A DNA stretch of 64,000 nt, taken from NCBI GenBank assembly GCA_030264375.1, contig JASCQW010000119.1, positions 24,027,606 through 24,091,605 of the forward strand, read 5' to 3'. Positions 1-11,266 of the stretch are shown here, piece after piece. Every line of letters starts with the position of its first letter. Positions within the stretch are counted from its first letter, which is position 1. Under the pieces are notes generated by a model. That model was given only the letters and a program-made list of their open reading frames with translations. It did no database searches and had not been told where the DNA came from. The stretch is from Carcharhinus longimanus (lineage: Eukaryota). Both the position numbers and the translations under genes were made by a program.

Positions 1-116
1 GCACCGACCCCTGGGGCACTCCACTAGTCACCAACTGCCAATCCGAATAGCACCCATTGACCCCCACTCTCTGCCTCTTGAAAATCTAAAAACACCACAT
101 CCACCGGCTCCCCTCT
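1..116 (-). mobile_element. CR1/HER1-type LINE RT fragment
   Basis: Minus-strand GEPVDVVFLDFQ motif joined to the VTSGVPQGSV segment (reverse complement of GACCCCTGGGGCACTCCACTAGTCAC). Confidence 0.85.
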
Positions 117-731
117 GGATGCCATCAGTGCGATGGTGATGGAATGCAGCTCCAGCAGCAACACCAGCCTTTTATCCTGGATCAAGATCTCCATAGTGGT
201 TGTCATCCTACTAGTGTTGACCTCAGTGTACTAGTATGCTGACACAATGACCTCAGAGTGAACACGGGGGAACTCTTCCATCGTATGTTGCAATCTGTGG
301 GATACATTTGAAAATGATGCCTGATATTCCTGTGTCTGTCACTGCAGTTCCAACACCTGAATTGATAGTAAGCCCGTATGCTTGTCATCTGGCAGAGACT
401 CAGCAGAATCCTTGCCTCCAGCAGTCTTCCGAGAATGAAGACCATTCTCAGTAACCAGATTGTTAACATTCCTCACAGCGTTGTTGTGACTTTGAAAGGT
501 TACACAGTCATTGTAAAGGGACCTTGAGGAATATTGTGCAGAGAACTTAACCACATTAACCTGGAACTCGGCTTTCTTGGCAGCAAGGAAAAGAAGTTAA
601 GTTAACAAATGGTGGGGCAACTGAAAAGAGTTGGCCACTGTGTGGACAATCTGCAGTCACGTACAGAACATGATCAAGGGTGTCACTGTAGGTTTCCATT
701 ACAAGATGAAATCAGCGTGTGCTCATTTTCC

Positions 732-1268
732 TGTTCTCGACTTGGGTACAAACAACACTAGGCACTAAGACTACTCAGGCTTTCAAGCTTTAATTACTTG
801 ATCACAAGTGAGAACATAATGCAGCGCAAAGCATTGCAAGGTGTCCTGTTGATTCACACAGAAAATGTAGCAGTTATAGTTCGTTATATCTTGCTCTTTG
901 GAATCTTGACATTGAGAGGGTCTTATTTTCATCCTGTGACCAAGGCTGGGAGCACAGTGTTTTTGAAACTAACACAAGGTTTAGATTAGTTGTTTATCCT
1001 GAATACAGAAGCATTGACCTCACCGAAGGCCTCGTTTGCTAATAAGCAATTTCTATTACTTGACAGAGTTGTTTTTCATAACTTAATTTCCACAATTGTT
1101 GTAACTTAATTTTCCATACCAGCATCTGCAGTTTTGATCTGCTTTTAGCTATAGTTTCACAAGGTCCAGCAACCCCATGGTGCTTTATTTGAAATGAGCA
1201 TTCTTAATCTTGCAAAACGAAGTGAATTAAATATTTGGCCGTAGCTGAAATTCAGCTTAATTTCCAAA
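732..1268 (-). mobile_element. Solo-LTR-like insertion (probably Gypsy) in the RPL9 retrocopy
   Basis: 537 bp non-coding insert that starts TGTTCTC and ends TTTCCAAA (an internal sub-repeat at 1081-1094 ends TTTCCACA). Flanks TTCC/TCCC form a 4-bp TSD with one mismatch. It has no GT-AG ends. Strand is inferred. Confidence 0.65.
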
Positions 1269-1567
1269 TCCCCATTTATGTGGTTGTTTAGGAAACAGGA
1301 TTTCTGGTAGAAATCCATAACTTCCTGGAAGAAAAGTATATTTGTAGAGTCCGTATGAAGCCAGGTGTTTCATGTATAGTTTCCCAGGCCCAGAAAGATG
1401 AGCTTGTCCTTGAGGGAAACAAGATTGAATTTGTGTCAACTTCTGCTGCCCTGATTCAACAGGCAACAACAGTCAAAAACAAAGATATCTGAAAATTTCT
1501 GGAAGGTATTTAGGTCTCTGAGAAGGGTGCAGTTGTTGACACCACAGCATAGACATGATGGATTAAA

Positions 1568-1678
1568 GCTGCTCTCATTCAACAAGCAACAACAGTGAAA
1601 GAAAAGGATTCTCGTAATTTCCTGGATAGCACCTATGTGAGCGAAAAGACCACTGTGGTTCCACAGTTTGCTGAATAG
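1568..1678 (+). pseudogene. RPL9: Second, paralogous copy of the RPL9 C-terminal coding segment inside the retrocopy 3' UTR
   Basis: Translates [36 protein letters not shown]. It starts 16 nt after the first stop and lies before the poly(A) signal. Confidence 0.93.
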
Positions 1679-1868
1679 CTCTGCTCTCTCAGATAGAAAT
1701 CATTGAATAAATTTTATGGGCTGAAAAAAAATGCAGTCCTCTGAGTGTTGGTGACCATGGATTGGCCTGCCTCTGCCGATTGTGACTCAAAATCCATGTT
1801 ATGCTCTGTAGATTGTGACAGTAAGCCTGTGACAAAAAAGTAATCCAGTAAAACATAGCTAAACTTTG

Positions 1869-2147
1869 GGGCTGGAATTTTCTTCCCTTGAGGGCCTTCT
1901 CTCTGTTGCAGCCATCCTGCAGACATTGAGAAGGCAATGCATGGGTATTGTTTAAATATGGTGGCTGCTGTGATAATTTGCTTGGATCATGGCGGGACTG
2001 CTGAATCACAGGCTACCTGACTGCAATGCAATATTGTTCCTGTTGATGCATTTGATGATATGAAAAGTATAAAATTGGGTGTGAAAACCTGCCATTGCGG
2101 CTGGCTGGAAAAAGCCACTTTTCCCACCACAGAGTAGAAAATCCCAC
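1869..2147. mobile_element. PIF/Harbinger-type MITE
   Basis: Imperfect TIRs GGGCTGGAATTTT ... AAAATCCCACC. Confidence 0.6.
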
Positions 2148-2225
2148 CATGGTCTCATGGATAAGATGAGCTCTGGACAGCATGAGGGCAGATATAACAG
2201 AAACTAAACATAGTTGGAAATTATA

Positions 2226-2413
2226 GGCGGGATTTTCAGGCCCTTCCTGCTGGTGGGATCTCCAAATCTCACTGAAGATAACCCCCTGAGAGGTTCCCCA
2301 AAAATGGGGCAGGCAAAATGCTTTGGACTGCAGTAGGACTGGAAAATCCCGCCAGTAGTAAACTGCCTCCGTTGCCTGAAAACAATGTGGGGGGCTGCTG
2401 GAAAATCCCAGCT
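2226..2413. mobile_element. PIF/Harbinger-type MITE
   Basis: TIRs GGCGGGATTTTC ... GAAAATCCCAGC, with an internal copy GGAAAATCCCGCC at 2341. Confidence 0.7.
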
Positions 2414-3499
2414 AATATATTTTATAGGGATGAGGGTGGATGTGAGCAAGTGATTGAGTCCAACAGTAGCTGCAGAAATGTCACACTGCATGGAGGGATG
2501 AAGCTCGGTAGTGGAAGTTTGAAATTACAGTTTTAAATGGCTTAGGGGAGAGATTTTCCCAAGGGTGGAAAAATACTTAGGAGCAGCAGGGGTGGGGGAA
2601 GTTAGTGAAATAAGGAAGCATTCAGTGCTGGTCTTATCTGTAATTGACACACTGAGAGTGGCAAGGTCACGGAGATGGGAAGGTCAAGGGGGTGATTGTG
2701 AGTATGTGTATGGAGGGGGAGGTTTGGTAGGTGGGAAGTAAGCTCAGAGGAGAAACAGTCTGATGAGTCAAGGAGGAGATTGAAAAAGGTCCATTACATT
2801 GTGAAATATATGCTCTCCACACTACCAGAACATGTAGAATTAACAAAGAAACAACATATGTTTTATACACATCTGCACTTTTCGGATAATAGCCAAAGTA
2901 GCCTAGGGGGAGGTAAGAAGAACTTCTGTTTTACTCAGTGAGATATGATTTTGAATATATTCTGCAAGCAAATTCAATTTTAACTTACAAAAAGGAGGTG
3001 GAAATACACTCAAGGAAATGTAGGGCATCCGTGATTGAACAGCTGACACAGGCATGATGGACTGAATGGCCTCCTTCTGTGATTGTACATGGGTACTAAA
3101 CTGATGAGGAGATTGTCCACTCCTTATAGAACCCATCCACTTTTCATACCCATTATAATGCAGTGATCTCCCCCATAAACCTGCTGCCAAGATAGTGAAA
3201 AGTGAAAATTACTCCTGTGGAGTCTGAACAGAGGTTGACTTGTCATAACAACAATCTTCCCTTTGCTTTATCAGCACTGACAGTTTAAACCATACATAGC
3301 CCTCAAACTGCTGGCTCAAAGATTGGCATTGTCGCTGAAATGCTGGCTGTGGACCGACTAAATAATTCTTTAAGAGGGAGGCTGTGATTACTGAGTTATA
3401 AATCAATGAAGCTTCAGGCAACCAGCAATTTAATAAGCAGCCACCAATCAATGTCGCGACCTCAGGCGGGGGCCTGTCCTTGACCTGGACCAGCGCTAT

Positions 3500-3931
3500 C
3501 TATTTATTTTAAGTTTATTTATTAGTGTTACAAGTAAGCTTACATTAAGGGTGGAATTCTCCAGTCTAAAAGCCAGAAATTCCCATTCGACTGTCAATGA
3601 GGTTTCATGTTGTTCAGATCCCTTCAGCTAAAATTCCAGTGGTAGGTGGGATGGGAGAATTCTGACCTAACACTGCAATGAAGTTACTGTGAAAATCCCC
3701 AGTCGCCAACTCTAGCACTTGTTCGGGTACATTGAGGGAGAATATAACATGGCATAACTAGCATGTCTTTCAGACTATGGGAGGAAACAAATCGGAGCAC
3801 CTGAAGGAAACCCACACAGACACGGGGAGAACATGCAGATTCTGCACAGACAGTGACCAAAGCCAGGAATTGAACTTGGGTTCCTGGCACTGTGAGGCAG
3901 CAGTGCTAACCACTGTGCCACTGTGTTGCCC
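3500..3931 (-). mobile_element. V-SINE variant (HE1 head and core, alternative tail ...TTCACAGTAACTTCATTGCAGTGTTAATGTAAGC...AATAAATAAAC)
   Basis: tRNA-like head GGCACAGTGGTTAGCACTGCTGCCTCAC on the minus strand plus V core. The same tail occurs at 7490-7640, 13945-14255, 28790-28977 and 50325-50680. Confidence 0.9.
3549..3667. mobile_element. PIF/Harbinger (Tourist-like) MITE nested in a SINE
   Basis: TIRs GGGTGGAATTCTCC / GGAGAATTCTGACC and an exact TAA TSD (3546-3548, 3668-3670). Removing it restores the SINE sequence CATTAACACTGCAATG. Confidence 0.88.
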
Positions 3932-4073
3932 ATATATGGTTGTTTCCATTACATGGTCACAGATAGCTCTGACACAAAAATAAGACAAATATCTTTTGCA
4001 AATATATTGGATCACTTTTTTTATTGGAACAAGAACATTTTTGGGGATGGTGAGGAAGTTTGGCTTCTTGACG

Positions 4074-4678
4074 TAGAACATAGAAAATAACTGCAGGAGT
4101 AGGCCATTCGGCCCTTTGAGACTGCACCACTGTTCAATACGATCATAGCTGATCATGCACTCTCAGTATCCCACTTCCGCTTTCTCTCAATACCCCTTGA
4201 TCCCTTTAGCTGCAAGGGCCAAATCCAGCTCCCTCTTGAACATATCTAATGAACTGACCCTAACAGCTTTCTGCGGTAGAAGTTCCAGAGGATCACAACT
4301 CTAAGTAAAGAAGTTCTTCCTCATCTCAGTCCTCAATTCTTAGACTGTGACCCCGAGTTCTGGACTTCCCCAACATCGGAAACATTCTTCCCACTTGTCC
4401 AGTCCCATCAGAATTTTATATGTTTCTATGAGATCCACCCTCATTCTTCTAAATTCCAGTCAGTTCAGGCCCAGTCGATCCAGTCTTTCTTCATATATCA
4501 GTCCTGACATTCCGGGAATCAATCTGGTGAACCTTTGCTGGACTCCCTCAATAGCAGGAATTTCCTTCCTCAACTAGGAGACCAAAACTGCACACACCAC
4601 TCAAGGTGTGGCCTCACAAATGCCTTGTATAATTGCAATAAGACATCTTTATTCCTATACATAAATCCTCTTGCTAAG
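4074..4678 (-). mobile_element. CR1/HER1-type LINE 3' fragment
   Basis: TAGAACATAGAA tail repeat, GGAGTAGGCCATTCGGCCC tail, and C-terminal ORF2 sequence (GAGACCAAAACTGCACACA). Confidence 0.9.
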
Positions 4679-5730
4679 AAGGGCAGCACGCTTTCTGATG
4701 TAAGATTACTCAAATGAGTTAATATTCTGTATGCCAGTGACAGGAAGAGACTTCAGCCATTTAAATATGTAGGCCTCGCAAGCTTGCTTTTGGTCATCTG
4801 TAAGGCCAAAATGGGTGGGGACGGGGAATGGGGAGACCACTGAACACCAATGATGCCGTAACCACAAGGATGGCCATCGCAATGGAATGCCCAGAAAACA
4901 GGTAATCCCTCCAGAACCTGCTGGCTGCTTGCTGGGGTTCACTTAGGGGTCTCACCAGGTATTGACTAGCACTCACAACAGAGGCAAAATGTCCAGAGAG
5001 GTAGGAAGTACCACTTAATTGTCCACTCCAATGGCTCAAGTGGCCTCATAGTGGGCATCCAGGCAGCCAACATTCCTGCTGCTGATTAAATGACATTGTG
5101 ACAGGAGGACGTTTGGCACCCCAACACATTACTGCACCATTTTCTCCAGCCTTCCTGCTTCCCAGCTCACTCCCAAAGGACCTAGAAAATGCCAGTCTTT
5201 ATCTTTCCCATATAATCAATGCTGTTCTTGAGATACATTCAAAATGGACAATACTGGATTGGCTTTGATCTAACATACCAAAAATAAAATGGTCCTTGAC
5301 TCCCTGTATGGAAAATGCCAGATTGGATTCAAAGCATTAATGTGAGACTGTACTATGTGAATACATTCCATACCGTGACAGCTAAACATTACCTGAGTCT
5401 TCCTAATATTAGAGCACAAAAACTTACTATGTGCATCCTCAGCATTCCAGTGCAATATGCTTTCGACCAAAGCATGTTGCACTGGAATACTTAGGCTGCA
5501 CATAATAGACTTAAGAACGCAAGTCTTCCGAAATATGTCCCAGGGGTCCCTGAGATCATTAATGACTCACATCTTGCGATCTAACAGGCTATGTAATTCC
5601 CATTGGTCAATCTCTTACTTTAGTGAAACAGTTTGTTGCTAGTTGAATCTGAGAAGTCTGTCTTCCCAGCCATTCATTGTATTTGCACCTGTAGAAGTTT
5701 GTGTAAGGCTAGCTTCTGCTGATCCTTCAC

Positions 5731-5946
5731 AGGCGGCACAGTAGCATACTGGTTTGCACTGCTGCTTCACAGCTCCAGGGACCTGGGTTCAATTCCTGGC
5801 TTGGGTCACTGTCTGTATGGAGTTTGCACATTTTCCACGTGTCTGCATGGGTTTCCTCCGGGTGCTCCAATTTCCTCCCACAGTCCAAAGATGTGCGGGT
5901 TAGGTTGATTGGCCATGCTAAAATTGCCCCTTAGTGTCCTGAGATG
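5731..5946 (+). mobile_element. HE1-type V-SINE (ends in a gap)
   Basis: Head GGCGGCACAGTAG, B-box GGGTTCAATTCC, V core GGAGTTTGCACATT...GGTTTCCTCCGGGTGCTCC. Confidence 0.93.
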
Positions 5947-6046
5947 NNNNNNNNNNNNNNNNNNNNNNNNNNNNNNNNNNNNNNNNNNNNNNNNNNNNNN
6001 NNNNNNNNNNNNNNNNNNNNNNNNNNNNNNNNNNNNNNNNNNNNNN

Positions 6047-6786
6047 CCTTAAGAGTATTGATAGGCAAAGGGATCTGGGTGTACAGGTACACAGGGCACT
6101 GAAAGTGGCAATGCAGGTGGACAAGGTAGTCAAGAAGGCATACAGCATGCTTGCCTTCATTGGCTGAGGTATTGAGTTTAAAAATCAGGAAGTCATGTTC
6201 TAGCTTTATGGAACCTTAGTTAGGCCGCACTTGGAAACTGGTGTTCAGTTCTAGTCGCCACACTACCAGAAGGATGTGGAGGCTTTGGAGAGGGTACAGA
6301 AAAGATTGACCAGAATATTGCCTGATATGGAGGGCATTAGCTCTGAGGAGAGGTTGGAGAAATTTGGTTTGTTCTCACTGGAGCAATGGAGGTTGAGGGG
6401 GTGACCTGTTCGAAGTCTAAAAAATTATGAGAGGCATGGATAGAGTGGATAGTCAGAAGGTTTTTCCCAGGGTGGAAGAGTCAATTACTAGGGGGCATAG
6501 GTTTCAGGTGCAAGGGGCAAGGTTTAAATGAGATATTTGAGGCAGATTTTTTACACAGAGAGTAGTAGATGCTTGGAACTCATTGCTGGGGTAAGTAGTG
6601 GAAGTGGATACGGTAGTGACTTTTAAGGGGTGTCTTGACAAGTACATGAGTGAGATGGGAATAGAGGGATATGGTCCCTGGAAGGGTAGGGGGGTTTTAG
6701 TTAAGTTGGGAAGCATGGTCAGTGCGGGCTTGGAGGGCCGAAGGGCCTGTTCCTGTGCTGTAATTTTCTTTGTTCTTTGTTCTTTG
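6047..6786 (+). mobile_element. CR1/HER1-type LINE 3' fragment
   Basis: Decayed ORF2 C-terminus (LVRPHLE..VQF, LERVQKRLTR), tail GGGCCGAAGGGCCTGTTCCTGTGCTGTA and (TTCTTTG)n. Confidence 0.93.
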
Positions 6787-7675
6787 AAAGCATCTCAAAC
6801 CCCAAGTGCATTTTTATTGCAGATAAACAAGGTTACATTCCGTTGTCCAGACCCTCACTGACTTTCCTACATCTGAGATTTCAGAAATGTTTTCTGTGAG
6901 TTAATTCCTCATTTTGGTCACTCGTCAGACATCAAAGCAACAGCAAGAAGAAAGATAAGAATTCATCCTTTACAGAAGGTATACAGGCTAAGGACTAATT
7001 AAAGGGCCTTGACAGAGCAGCAAGGTGTGTGGTAATTCAGTCTCATGGCCCTTACCAGCATCTCCCACATGCTCATTAAACAGCTGGAATCCCCATTCTT
7101 CACAGCATTGAAGCTGCCTCAAACAATGGGTGAACTTTACTCTGATCTGTTGCCTCAGTTTATCGTCAGTGACAATCTAGTTTGGAGAAAATATTGTTTT
7201 GGTTCTGTAGCAAACATGTTTACCACTGACAGTTCCTTAACATCCCCACTCAAGATAATATACTTGAATTGTTAATGACAGCACGGAGTTATACTCAATG
7301 CCATACAACTTACAGCACAGGTACAGACTATTCAGCCTAACTCTTCTGTAAATATGTTGCCCTGGCTAAGCAGTTTGATGGGAATTTTTGAACTGTGGAA
7401 TTTGTGATTTCGTACATTTTGCTTGTTTGCATTAGGTTCTTTTTAATGAATATGGCTCTGCAAAGAAAATAAGCACTTTAAATAAGTTTTGAAGTTTATT
7501 TATTAGTGTCACAAGTCGGTTTACATTAACACTGCAGTGGAGTTACTGTGAAAATCCCCGAGTCACCACACTTGAGTGCCTGTTCGGATACACTGAGGGA
7601 GAATTTAGTTTACCCGAAGCACCTAACCAGCACATCTTTAACTGATGAGTCTAATCCAATACCGCAGATGCCATC

Positions 7676-8020
7676 TTTTTTTATTCATTTGTGGAACCTC
7701 GGGCGTTGCTGGCTGGTAAGGGTTTATTGCCCATCCCTCATTGTCCTTGGAGGGCAGTTGAGAGTCAACCACATTACTGTGGCACTGGAGTCACATGCAG
7801 GCCAGGATGCAGATGTCCTTCCTTAAAGGACATTAGTGAACCAGATGGATTTTTCCGACAATCAACAATGGTTTCATGGTTATCAGTAGATTCTTAATTT
7901 CTGATTTCTAATATCCATTTCAAATTCCACCGTCTGCCATGGCGGGATTCGAACCCGTGTCCCCAGAACATTAGCTGACTTTTTGGATTAATAACCTAAT
8001 GGTAATACCATCGCCTCGCC
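7676..8020 (-). mobile_element. tRNA-derived SINE with an L2-group-type tail
   Basis: Minus-strand B-box GGGTTCGAATCCC, body CCATCTGGTTCACTAATGTCCTT, tail AGGGATGGGCAATAAA. Homologous to 13822-14480, 52855-53570 and 60403-60890. Confidence 0.85.
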
Positions 8021-8271
8021 TTTTCAGGCATGCATTGAAATCCAGTTTCTAGCACTAAAGAAACATCTTCTTCTGGGTGTCCTTGGGACCTTAGGCATGT
8101 TTGTGTTGACTGACAACAATCTCTCAGAAGCCAATCAAAACCACTTCAACTCCGAGATCACTGCTCTCTCCCAAGTCCAATGTCATGGACATCTCTGATG
8201 ATCCACCATTGGATACTTTATCTTCAACAGCCTGAGGCTTTGGAATTTCTTCTCCAACTCTCTCCACCTTG

Positions 8272-8770
8272 CTTTTTTTTATTCTTCCACAGGATATGAA
8301 CATTGTTAGCAACACCAGCATCTGTTGCCCATTCTTATTTTTTTCTACGTATTTGCCCTTCAGAAGGTGGGTAGTGATTCCTCTTCTTGAACTGCTGCAG
8401 TCAATGCTGTGTAGGTACACCCACAGTGCTGTTAGGGAGAAAGTCCCAGGGTTCCGACCCAGTGCAGTGAGGAGCAGTGATACAGTTCGAAGTCAGGATG
8501 GTGCATGGTTTGGAGGGGAACTTCTAGAAGATGGTATTCCCATGCATCTGCTGCATTTGTCCTTTGAGGTAGTAGAGGACGTGGGTTTGGAAGATGCTGT
8601 TGAAGGAGTCTTAGTGAGTTGTCCTGAACATCTTGTAGATGGTACACGCTGATGTCATTATGCCTCGATGTTGGCGGGAGTGAATGGTTGAGGTAGTGGG
8701 TGCGATGCCACTCAAGTGGGTTGCTTTGTCCTGGATGGTACTGAACTTCTTGAGTGTTTTTGGAGCTGTG
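8272..8770 (-). mobile_element. L2-group (Crack/Daphne-like) LINE 3' fragment
   Basis: Homologous to 16200-16547 and 40040-40370 (ACACTCAAGAAG..CACCATCCAGGACAAAGCA; TGTACCATCTACAAGATG). Clade label is tentative. Confidence 0.7.
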
Positions 8771-8896
8771 ATGTGGTTTTAATTCTTCCAACTTTTTCTG
8801 AGTAACTATTGCAGTAAGACTGTCATAACTTTCTGATTCCTGCAATTTAAATCAGGTTCCTAATTGCGGGGAAAATACCCATCAAAAGTTTGAACT

Positions 8897-9250
8897 TAGA
8901 ATCTTTACAGTGCAGAGGAAGCCATTCGGCCCATCAAGACTAAACCAACTCTCTGACAAAGTATCTTAACCAGGCCCTGCCCCCTGGTCTATCTCCGTAA
9001 CTCCACACATTTTACCAGCGTTAATCCCGTCTAATTTACACATCCTGGGGCACGAAGGGGCAATTTAGCATGGCAAATCCACCCAACCTGCACATCTTTT
9101 AACCATGGGAGGAAACTGGAGCACCCGGAGGAAACACACGCAGACACGGGGAGAATGTGCAAACTCCACACAGTGACCCGAGGCTGGAATTGAACCTGGG
9201 TCCTCGGCGCTGTGAGGTAGCAGTGCTAACTACTGCGCCAACGTGCTGCG
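8897..9250 (-). mobile_element. HE1-type V-SINE, near full length
   Basis: Reverse complement of head, core and CTGCACTGTA tail. Confidence 0.92.
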
Positions 9251-9411
9251 AGGCATGTGCAAAATTTAATCTGGGAACCTTTGGTTTGGAAGCAGGATAT
9301 GGGGGAATTTTGGAGTGTCCCTCAGACACGTTGTTCAGAAGCTTGGAAGTGACAGCCTATCGATATTTCACTGTGTCCTCGCAGTTGTTTGTTGATGCCT
9401 TATTCTCATGG

Positions 9412-9857
9412 GGCGGCAAGGTGACATGGGACCTGGGTTCAATTCTGGCCTCGGGTCACTGCCTGTTTGGAGTTTGCACATTCTCAACGTATCCGCGTGG
9501 GTTGCCTCCAAGTGCTCCAGTTTCCTCCCACAGTCCAAAGATGGAGCGGCATGGTGGCACAGAGGTTAGCACTGCTACCTCACAGCACCAGGGAACCAGG
9601 TTCGATTCCGGCCTCGGGTCACTGTCTGTGTGGAGTTTGCACGTTCTCCCCGTATCTGCATGGTTTCCTCCAGGTGCTCCAGTTTCCTCCCACACTCCAA
9701 AGATGTGCGGGTTAGGCGGATTAGCCATGCTGAATTGCCTCTTAGTGTCAGGGGGACTACCATGGGGTTAAGTGGATAGGGCCTGGGTGGAATTGTTGCT
9801 GGTGCAGACTCGATGGGCCGAATGGCCTTCTTCTGCACTGTAGGACTGTATGATTCT
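9412..9857 (+). mobile_element. Two tandem HE1-type V-SINEs (partial 9412-9542, full 9545-9857)
   Basis: Head and core occur twice; the tail GATGGGCCGAATGGCCTTCTTCTGCACTGTAGG occurs once. Confidence 0.92.
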
Positions 9858-11071
9858 CTTCAAAAATCGCACTTTCCTAATGTTGTGAATTTTCTCCATA
9901 TCTTTTCTACTATCCTTCTCTGCCCAGTTGTTGCTATTCAGTTATTCATCCATCACTGAAGCCACTCACTTATTTATTTGGCACCAGAGTTATTGCTACT
10001 GATGTAACTTCTTTCGTACGCCCCCCCGCCCTGTATTCCCTTTCATCCAATCATCTACTTACTTCTGTGCTTTCCACCGCACCTCCCACTTCAAAGATCG
10101 CCGCTCCAGTTCCTGCAGCTTAATTCATTTCAACACAGTCTGTCGCCTTGCAAACCTGGACCACTCACCTCGTAACAGCAGCAAAGCATACGTGATAATA
10201 CCAGCTCGCAATAGAACGAGTCACTGGTTACTGAGAAAAATTCATAAAAAGCTGCGGTGCGCTTGTTCAGCATGGAAGTCGATACCCTCTTTATTGGAAT
10301 AAGTTTCTAAGTTCTACTTGGGAATATTTCTCAGAGGAAGATCGAAGTAGCGGGAGGCCATTCAGCCCCTCAGGCCTGCTCCAGCATTCAATTAGATCAC
10401 AGTTGATCATCTTAACTTTGTCAACATGTCTTCCCGCCCATAACCTCAAATACTCTTACCTAAAACAAACCTATCAATGACAGTTTTCAATTGCTACCTC
10501 CCCGATGCCCTCTTTTAAGACAAACTTCCAGGTGCTCCGAATGAAGGGGTGCCTCTTGACATCTCCCCTGAATTAACCCGGGAGGGTGGAGTGGGTGAAT
10601 ATTCTTCAGAGTAGATTAAGGATCATTTAAGAAACATATTAAGTGCAGACTGCAATGTGAAGTAGCTCTGTGCTGGCTGCCTTTGAACATAAGAAAACTG
10701 TACCAGCAGCAGGAGAAATCTAATTGTATGTGAATCTGCACCCCACCCCTCCTCTCCCCCCATCAGTGAGATGAGACTGATCTTCTGGTTTAGATCCACT
10801 TTTCCACATGAACCTCCACTGATTCCTGGAGTATCCAAAAATCTACCTTTCCTAGTCTGAAGCACACTCAATGGCCAATATCTTGCGACCTCATTCGGGC
10901 GAGGTCAAGGCCAAAGGAGAACTCCATACTGCCAGCTGTGCCCGCCCCCAATTCTGGCACAGCGATAAAGTTCCGGCCAATGACTGAGACCCAACAGCCT
11001 GCCAGGGTAAACAATTCTAAAGATTCACAACCTTTTTTCCTCATCTTTAACCTAAACTGCTGACCCCTTCT

Positions 11072-11266
11072 CTCAGTCCAAAGATGTGCGGGTTAGGTTG
11101 ATTGGCCATGCTAAAATTGCCCCTTAGTGTCCTGAGATGCATAGGTTAGAGGGGTTAGCAGTTAAATTTGTAGGGATATGGGGAGTAGGGCCTGGGTGGG
11201 ATTGTGGTTGGTGCAGACTCAATGGGCCAAATAGCCTCTTTCTGCACTGTAGGATTTCTATGATTT
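11072..11266 (+). mobile_element. 5'-truncated HE1-type V-SINE adjoining decayed CR1 tails (10345-10570, 10685-11070, minus strand)
   Basis: CAGTCCAAAGATGTGCGGGTTAGG...CTGCACTGTAGGATTTCTATGA. Confidence 0.88.

Larger units (their letters stand above)
435..1731 (+). pseudogene. RPL9: Processed pseudogene of 60S ribosomal protein L9 (uL6), interrupted by an insertion at 732-1268
   Basis: ATG at 435 reads [94 protein letters not shown]. It resumes at ~1271 with [90 protein letters not shown] (TAG 1550-1552). There are no introns, several in-frame stops (e.g. TGA 525-527) and a frameshift near 600. AATAAA lies at 1706-1711 and an A8 tail at 1724-1731. Confidence 0.97.

Noticed and set aside
117-330. 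Possible Harbinger accessory-ORF remnant (MEILIQD..ELHSITIAL)
   Set aside because: The resemblance is too weak to call without a search.
435-1552. Functional two-exon RPL9 gene
   Set aside because: It has multiple stops, a frameshift and a poly(A) tail, and the 'intron' lacks GT-AG ends.
9157-9771. 204-aa ORF and other SLHVLPVSAW/GAPVSSHSPK ORFs
   Set aside because: These are chance translations of HE1 SINEs and recur at every copy.
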